Below are positions 55,770 to 64,000 of a stretch of 64,000 nt of DNA, in pieces. Made by a program: the position numbers and the translations under genes. Below the pieces are notes generated by a model. It was not told where the DNA came from. It did no database searches and was given only the letters and a program-made list of their open reading frames with translations. Origin of the DNA: Tubulanus polymorphus (Eukaryota > Animalia > Nemertea); assembly GCF_964204645.1 (NCBI RefSeq), contig NC_134029.1, positions 310,001-374,000 of the forward strand, read 5' to 3'. Every line of letters begins with the position of its first letter. Positions within the stretch are counted from its first letter, which is position 1.

Positions 55770-58700
55770 CCGTTGATTTCTAGTTTCATTAAATCATACG
55801 AGTTTCAAACTGGTTTTACACAAAAACCCTCAGATTTTACGTCCAGTTGTCGTCGAATGAAAAACTCCAATCCGTGTATAATTGTAGTTTAATTAAAGAA
55901 ATCCCACAATTCAAACTTTATATGAGATAAGTTATTAGAATGAAAACACGTTTCGGCTGAGGTGGGTTTACGTCAACTTTTAAAGGAAAAGTTAACTATT
56001 CAGGACTCTGTTACTGTATATAAAAATCAAACCGATCATCAGTGGAAATATCAAATTAGCGGGAGGTGAAATATATATGCCGTCACAAAATATTGCCGAA
56101 GGGCACTTAAATTTTAGACCGTACAATGTATTGGGCAATACGGTCTGGATCCGCCCCTGAGTGCTTTAGTGACAATCAAAAAGATTGCTAATTTCGTAAT
56201 TACTCTTCGGCAGCTCAACACTCGCTTCTAACTGGTCAACAAGTGTTAGTGTGCCCGGTTTGAAGTGGTAAGCTGTATTGCCAATTTTCGATTATCATGT
56301 TTTCCGAACATACTCGTCTCCGCACAATGTTGGTGGGAATATTGGGTTGAAAAAAGAGGTGGATTGTAAGATAACAAAAAACCACTGACTGGTGAACTAA
56401 CAAAGTTCACAGCAGCTAAACAGATAAAGAATTTCAATCATATTTATTCTCATACAACAATTATACAAAATGCCAGGTTTGTGCTCGAGGAATTATAACG
56501 TAAGCTCCTCAAACACGTGGACTGTATTTCAAAAACAGTCCAACCATGGACGTATAAACTATAAACTAGAGTTTATACATCCATGGTCCATACATAGACT
56601 CAAAACAGAAACGTCTATGGCCTACAACCATGGACTCTAAACTGTTGGAGTCCATGGCTCCCCGCACTAAAACCAGAGTTAAACCTGGCCAAATACCCTG
56701 GAAAGCGTAAGATTTAATGAATCGATCTGATTTACATTTTTACTCTTTAAAATTTGACTCGGCCGGCCACCTATCTACTAAGGTATTACTTTAAAATCAT
56801 GATCAAGCTAACCATAACAGACCCGGCAGATAGAAATTAACTGATTACAAATTTCATTGATTTATGAAATGACCCGACCGATCAGGAAAAACAAGGTATC
56901 ATTTTTAGCCTTATAATAATGACTTATTAATATAAAATTACTAGCTTTTAATATCACATATCATGCAAGGTATTTCAAGGTTTTTATTCAAATTTCCACT
57001 GCAACTGATTCATACAATTTGAATCAATAGGAAAATAACAAAATTACACAAAGAATTGTAAACTTTGATCCATAAAACACCGACAATTGGGACTAGTCTG
57101 AATGTCTAAGACTATTAATTTGACAATTCAGGATGTAAAATTAATAGTCTTAGGCGTGTGACACTTTGCTAGAATTTCATGAAATATGAAGCATTCAATC
57201 ATATATCAACTATTCACCAAATGAAAATGTTAGAAAGATTTCTGTTTATACAAAAAACTGCAAAACATATCTCCAGCATATAAACATTAAAGCTGGACAT
57301 AAAACCACAAATTCATTCAAATAATCTCTAATTTCATTTCATTAACATTATTTTTACAAGAAAACTGAAATCTTACAAACTTTGCTTTGTATTCGAGGAA
57401 TTATCAGTTCTTCGTTAACCAATGGGTGAACTGTATTTGAAAAAAACAGTTCAACATAAAAGCATTAAAATAAGAGATAAAACCTGAAGATTCACTCTGG
57501 AAGGCTTGAGATAAGCTAATCGATCTTTAATTTCATTTTCATTAAAATTATTTTACAATATAACTAGAGTTTTACAAGATAATTAGAGTTTTACAAGATA
57601 ACTAGAGTTTTACAAGATAACTAGAGTTTTTCCAACTTTGCCTGAGATTTTCAAACATTATCAGTTCGTTCATTTAATACAACGTTATTTCAGGGAAAAC
57701 ATGACAATAACATCGATAACTAATCACGTTTAAAGCTGTTTAACATTCTTTCTAAAAAAGTAAAATGTATCTCCCAGATATTATCCCTAAAACAATTAAC
57801 AGATACAGCAGTGATAGGGTGTGATATATAGGTAAAAGGACGCGTGATCTTTCATCAGCTATTTGAAGCATTCTATCGAAACAGTTATTTTTTAGTGTGT
57901 TTGATTTAGTTAAGGTTTATGGTTATTTGTTTTGTTTATTACTGAGCCGATAGAATGCTTAAAACAACAACAGAAAGGATCTCAAGAGGTTGGGAAACAC
58001 AGAGAAGGTTGTTCTATGAAAGAAGAACCTTTAATAATTATATTAAGTTGATTAGAAAAAATGCCTGATGATGAAGGCCCTATATAGAGTTTTACTTGTT
58101 TGTTTATTTTTATTACTTATAATTTAATTTGTTTTTTTTTGTTATGTATTTTCTTATTAATTGTTTTTTTATGTATTTTTCTTAATTATGTTCTATGTAT
58201 TTTGTACTATTTATTACAATCTACATCATCAGGAATTTTTTATCTGTGAAATTATGGGCTCACTTAAAAAAAGTGCTACAAATTCACTGCTGCACCTAAA
58301 TAATAGTTTATTATAAAACAACCCGATTAGTATGAAAGCCACTCAACCTTATGATATGGATGACAATGAAAGAAGTTAAAACAGCTATAAACAAAATTAA
58401 AACGATCAAAATCATTGCTGGCCATTATCTATCATTCCTTTATATCACATTACTCCTAGCTATACCTCTCTTATACCTCTGTGGATACAATGTACTAAGA
58501 TATAAGTTTTCATATACCAAGCTATACTTATCTACACGGAAGCTCAATGCTAAAACTCTGTGAAAATCAAGATATTAGACTCACAAGTCAAATCGGTTTT
58601 ATGGGCCTTAAATTAATGCCATCAAAAAACACATCAACAGTTTGGTATATATACTTATTATTTGTACGAGGGAAGTGCAATGAGTGTTCCATCTCATTAC

Positions 58701-59552
58701 ACTTCCCTGTTTGTACATAGAACACTGCTTAGTCTAAACTACGTGATGATATTCGGGGGGCGTAGCCAGTCTATACTGATTGTACTAAAGGCCCGGCCCT
58801 TCACTTTTCGGCCAAGGAGTCATTTTCAATATATCTTTATTCAAAGTCCATAAACTTGCTGGGCGAGTTCAGGAGTTCAAACTAATAACGTTCCAGCATC
58901 TTTTATTGCGTTTAAAAGTTGCAACTGTTTAACTGACTACGTTCTCCCTTTTGAATATTTAAGCTATGCAAATCATTTTCACTCACAGGAAATATAAAAT
59001 GAATCACTATTTCTAATATTAATAATCGAATAAAGACTAAGAGAGTAATTCATCCTATGAACTATGTCATTATTACAAATTAAGGAAAGCTATGTTTAAC
59101 TAAAGTATGAAGATTATCTGAACGATCCTGTCGATATTATATCTCAATTTACGTGTATTTCAACCGACCTACGAGTCAAACTGAGTCGCTGAACGCGATC
59201 AATACCATGAATTAATGGAGCGTTAATTTTATGAGACTCCAAGAAGGAACTTTAAGGACTTAAATGACTCATCTGCTTAACAAATCTAAACACTTTGCCT
59301 AATCAATATAAAGAATCAGGAGGATGCCATTTTATTGAAATATTCAAATATGAATAGTTCCTTCTCAGGTCTAGAGCCCAAATTACCTAATTTTCATTAA
59401 TCAACATTTCAACTACTAATCAACTATTTCTTTAGTTTATTCCGCCCCTTCAAATTGACAGTGAATTTTGTAAACCCATGTTACACATCAGACTGATTTG
59501 TAAACAGGTAATACGTAAAATAAATCAATACTTCACATATTCTACTGACGTT

Positions 59553-59842
59553 GCTGCTCCTGAATAAGTGTTTATAAGACACGCATTGTCTGTGCTGCTC
59601 CTGAAAAAGTGTTTATAAGATACGCATTGTCTGTGCTGCTCCTGAATAAGTGTTTATAAGATACGCATTGTCTGTGCTGCTCCTGAATAAGTGTTTATAA
59701 GATATGCACTGTCTCTGCTGCTCCTGAATAAGTGTTTATAAGATACGCAATGTCTCTGCTGCTCCTGAATAATTGTAATAAGACACGCATTATCTCTGCT
59801 GCTCCTGAATAATTGTAATAAGACACGCATTATCTCTGCTCC
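59553..59842. repeat. 41-bp minisatellite
   Basis: Unit gctgctcctgaataagtgtttataagatacgcattgtctgt, about 7 copies. Confidence 0.93.
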
Positions 59843-60304
59843 ACCAATTGTAGAAGAACTCCATCATTGAGCGATAAATCGATGCTGGCTGAATTTCTCA
59901 TCTGGACTTCAGCAGTTAAATTCAAGTTGGATTCATTCTGCTGACTGTTTTAATCAGTAGATTCTAGATGGTTAGTTGATCTTAGTATGGGCTTTTTCTC
60001 ATAGATGTGATTCAGCTGAAAAGAGTTAAAGAAAATATCCTGTATTCACACAATATTTCATATAACATTAATCATAAGAATTTCCATGTGAATCAACTTA
60101 CCTTTCAAGATTGCCGAGTATCGGCTAAGGTTTGTTGATCTTAGTATGGGCTTTTTCTCATAGATGTGATTCAGCTGAAAGCAGTTAAAGAAAATATCCT
60201 GTATTCACACATTATTTCATATAACATCAATCATAATAATTTCCATGTAAATCAACTTACCTTTTTTTCGGCTAGGATTGTCTTGGTTGGTTCATGAGTT
60301 AAAT

Positions 60305-61885
60305 TCTATATTACAAGGTTAATTTTTTTTCTGCCTATTTTAATACATCAAGATTTTGGATATCTACATTACAAGGTTAACTTTTTTTTCTGCCTAATTT
60401 ATTACATCTAGATTTTGGATATCTACATTACAAGGTTAACTTTTTTTTCTGCCTAATCTATTACATCTAGATTTTGGATATCTATATTACAAGGTTTCTG
60501 CCTATTTGAATACATCAAGATTTTGGATATCTATATTACAAGGTTAGCTTTTTTTCTGCCTATTTTAATAGATCTAGATTTTGGATATCTATATTACAAG
60601 GTTAACTTTTTTCTGCCTATTTCAAAAATTCGAGATTTTGGATATCTATATTACAAGGTTAACTTTTTTTCTGCCTATTTCAAAAATTCGAGATTTTGGA
60701 TATCTATATTACAAGGTTAACTTTTTTTTCTGCCTATTACAATACATCTAGATTTTGGATATCTATATTACAAGGTTAACTTTTTTCTGCCTATTTCAAA
60801 ACATATAGATTTTGGATATCTATATTACAAGGTTAACTTTTTTCTGCCTATTTTAATACATCTAGATTTTGGATATCTATATTACAAGGTTAACTTTTTT
60901 CTGCCTATTTTAATACATCTAGATTTTGGATATCTATATTACAAGGTTAATTTTTTTCCTGCCTATTTCAAAGCATCTAGATTCTGGATATCTATATTAC
61001 AAGGTTAACTTCTATTTTTCTGCCTATTTTACAAGGTTAACTTTTTTCTGCCTATTTCAGAACATCTAGATTTTGGATATCTATATTACAAGGTTAACTT
61101 TTTTTTCTGCCTAATTTATTACATCGAGATTTTGGATATCTATATTACAAGGTTAACTTTTTTTCTGCCTTTTACAATATATCGAGATTTTGGATATCTA
61201 TATTACAAGGTTAATTTTTTTTTCTGCCTAATTTATTACATCGAGATTTTGGTTATCTATATTACAAGGTTAACTTTTATTTTTCTGCCTATTTCAAAAC
61301 ATCTAGATTTTGGATATCTATATTACAAGGTTAACTTTTTTCTGCCTATTTTAATACATCTAGATTTTGGATATCTATATTACAAGGTTAACTTTTTTTT
61401 GCCTATTTCAGAACATCTAGATTTGGATATCTATATTACAAGGCTAACTTTTTTTCTGCCTATTTGAATAAATCGAGATTTTGGATATCTATATTACAAG
61501 GTTAACTTTTTTTTTGCCAATTTCAGAACATCTAGATTTGGATATCTATATTACAAGGTTAACTTTTTTTTTCTGCCTATTTGAATACATCGAGATTTTG
61601 GATATCTATATTACAAGGTTAACTTTTTTTCTGCCTATTTTAATAGATCTAGATTTTGGATATCTATATTACAAGGTTAATTTTTTTTGCCTATTTAAAA
61701 AATTCGAGATTTTGGATATCTATATTACAAGGTTAACTTTTTTCTGCCTATTTGAATACATCGAGATTTTGGATATCTATATTACAAGGTTAACTTTTTT
61801 TTTCTGCCTATTACAAAACATCTAGATTTTGGATATCTATATTACAAGGTTAACTTTTTTCTGCCTATTTCAATTCATCGAGATT
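60305..61885. repeat. AT-rich satellite of about 59 bp, about 26 copies
   Basis: Unit agattttggatatctatattacaaggttaacttttttttctgcctatttYaaWacatct. Confidence 0.97.
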
Positions 61886-61899
61886 TAGAAATAAGAAAC

Positions 61900-62345
61900 T
61901 TTGAATCATTCCCACACCTTGATAAATCCAGAATTCAGCAAAGTCTTTTTAAAGATTCAATAAATCCTTCGCACAAGAGCCAGAGTTACACTTCCTGTAT
62001 TCTTTTGATAGCAACCAATATTAAATTATACAATTGTCTTATCAACCCCTATGGTTTGGATTTGAGCACTTTTGAGATGAAGATACTGAATTAATCATCA
62101 TCGTAGATACCTATAATCAGTCAACTAATGTCCTCTATAATTTAAATTATTGAATTTTCTACACTAGAAGAATTTAAGATCCGGTACAAATTTGGATTGA
62201 TCACTATTTAAACAGCTAATTTTGCATCAGAGCTTTTGATACCTAGTTTGATCCAGAATTCCCCAAAACCTAACTGATTCAACAGATCCCACACACATGT
62301 GGCCCAGTTAGACGCAGACGACATTGCACGATACAGTCGTCTCAT
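61900..62345 (-). mobile_element. Possible degenerate LINE ORF2 C-terminal fragment
   Basis: Minus strand encodes NWATCVWDLLNQLGFGEFW, resembling motifs downstream of RT in invertebrate LINEs. Related sequence recurs near 63130. No intact ORF. Confidence 0.35.
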
Positions 62346-64000
62346 CCACTGCGCTATTTTTGAAATAATTTTCACTTACATGCATTATATTGAATTGATT
62401 TTGATTAATCTTCTAGATATCTAAAGCAATCCGTTAATTAGTAATCATACTAGCTATATTTTAATTGTCAGTTGAATTCATCACTATTTGAATTCATCAG
62501 AAATAAAGATAAAAGCACATTTTTAGTGGTAAATTAGAAATTCCCTTAGCCGAATGCTATATAATCTTCCCTTTTACAGTACACTGTGTATAAGGACCGA
62601 AAGACCTTGTTATGACTGGACCTCCCTGGTGCGGTGCGAGTCATGATGCTGGAATATAGATTGAAGGAGAGGGGTTAGTAAAAGAGAGCTATTAGCAAGA
62701 GGAATAAGACCTAAGTTTAGGATATCCTGTCAAAATAAGGCTCTCAATCTGACATACACAGTGAAATTGAAATATTCCCCCTTCCAAATTCAGGAATGTA
62801 TTTGTGCACGTACAGATTTGTTTTATCTCCCTTCGATCGGAAGTAAATCTGCGTTAAATGATTTTGGCAATTCGTATCAAAACTAATACAGCTGTATGAA
62901 GACACAATAGGTTCACTTTAGATACAGATAAATAAATGTGCTCAGATACACATGTATCAGCTTTAAATGTCCATGGACCTGAATTAAAAATATTTTCACA
63001 TAACATATTGAATTTACCTTAATTGTAGATATCTTAGTAATACGTTAATGAGTAAATCATCTAAGATTCTAATTGTCAGTTAAACAATATCTATTACGCG
63101 TCACTTGACACACAGTATGGTTTTAGATATTATTTGAATCAGTTAGGTTTTGGTAAATTTTGGCAATATTGACCATGAGCATGCCCAGTCGCTGTAAGTA
63201 CGGCAGTTGGAGATATAAATACTGATCAGTCGATGAGACTGAATCATATGTACTCATACATATATCAGCTATATCTAAATTTTCAGTTTAACGAAATTTA
63301 TATTATGGACCTGTATTATGTATAAATAGTTTTTGATCATAGAAATATTGAATTCATCTTAATTGTGGATATCTAAGCCATTTGTTAATGAGCAATTTGT
63401 CCTAGCTATATATATACATGATAATTGTCAGTTAAACAATAATCATAACGCAAAACAAGGCACAGAGTATGGCTCTGGGGAATGATTTGAATCAATTTAA
63501 GCTTTGTTTCATTCTAGATTTGTCAAAGCGCTTGAGACCTAAGTACGGTTTCTAAAAGACCCGCAGTCCATAGATTTCCCCATATTACACCAGATCTCGA
63601 TAGAGCCCTAGACACTATTTTATACATCTTTCCCCCAGAAATTCATTAATGCAATGGGTAAAGCAGCATATAATATATACTGTAAAGTGCCTGAATGTTT
63701 ATAAATGTATCAATATACTATTTGTAAAAAAATCTATTAACTGACGATAAAGTTTAATTGATATATATCTTTACAAGTAAAGCCAACCTAAATGTATACG
63801 GGGCCCTAAAATATCTACACTAGAAGATTTTCTCATCAAATATTATATGATATTGAATGATTGCTAATTTCTAAGCGATTGGTTAATTAGTAAATTGTCC
63901 TATCTATGGAGTGGGACCTGTATTACATACCGTATAAATAGTTTTTGATCATAGAAATATTGAATTCATCTACGATTCGTTTCAAATTTTTCAAATTGGT

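Noticed and set aside
56700-59500. Short ORFs and a possible decayed transposon
   Set aside because: No recognisable protein motif or terminal structure that I can support.
60305-61885. Constant block plus variable segment resembling a CRISPR array
   Set aside because: The variable segments are about 15 nt and are mutated versions of each other, there are no cas genes, and the context is eukaryotic. It is an ordinary satellite.

Overview
AT-rich animal genomic DNA from a compact invertebrate genome, probably lophotrochozoan (inference). It has GT-AG introns, mostly 50-150 nt, some swollen by minisatellites and MITEs. From left to right: (1) the 3' part of a thioester protein (A2M/CD109-like TEP) gene; (2) a tail-to-tail inverted pair of secreted aerolysin/ETX-like beta-pore-forming protein genes with near-identical promoters and pore domains but divergent N-terminal domains; (3) a dense housekeeping block (F-box/LRR, MRPL30, LONRF, COMMD5, MBIP, VMA21, SNF8, VAMP7, RRP8, ILK), largely in head-to-head pairs; (4) tRNA-His; (5) three single-exon class A GPCR paralogs, one frameshifted; (6) a repeat-rich non-coding tail. 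The most unusual item is an intronless MBIP coding region inside the last intron of COMMD5 on the same strand. Its splice sites would make it an in-frame cassette exon giving a COMMD5-MBIP fusion that uses COMMD5's last exon as 3' UTR. Other highlights are the mosaic conservation of the toxin pair, a duplicated 81-nt cassette exon in the ILK pseudokinase domain, the RRP8-ILK head-to-head pair (as in human) with triplicated ZNF143-like sites, minisatellites apparently built from MITE termini, and a tRNA-like element carrying TTAGGG repeats. All gene models were spliced by eye and no searches were run.
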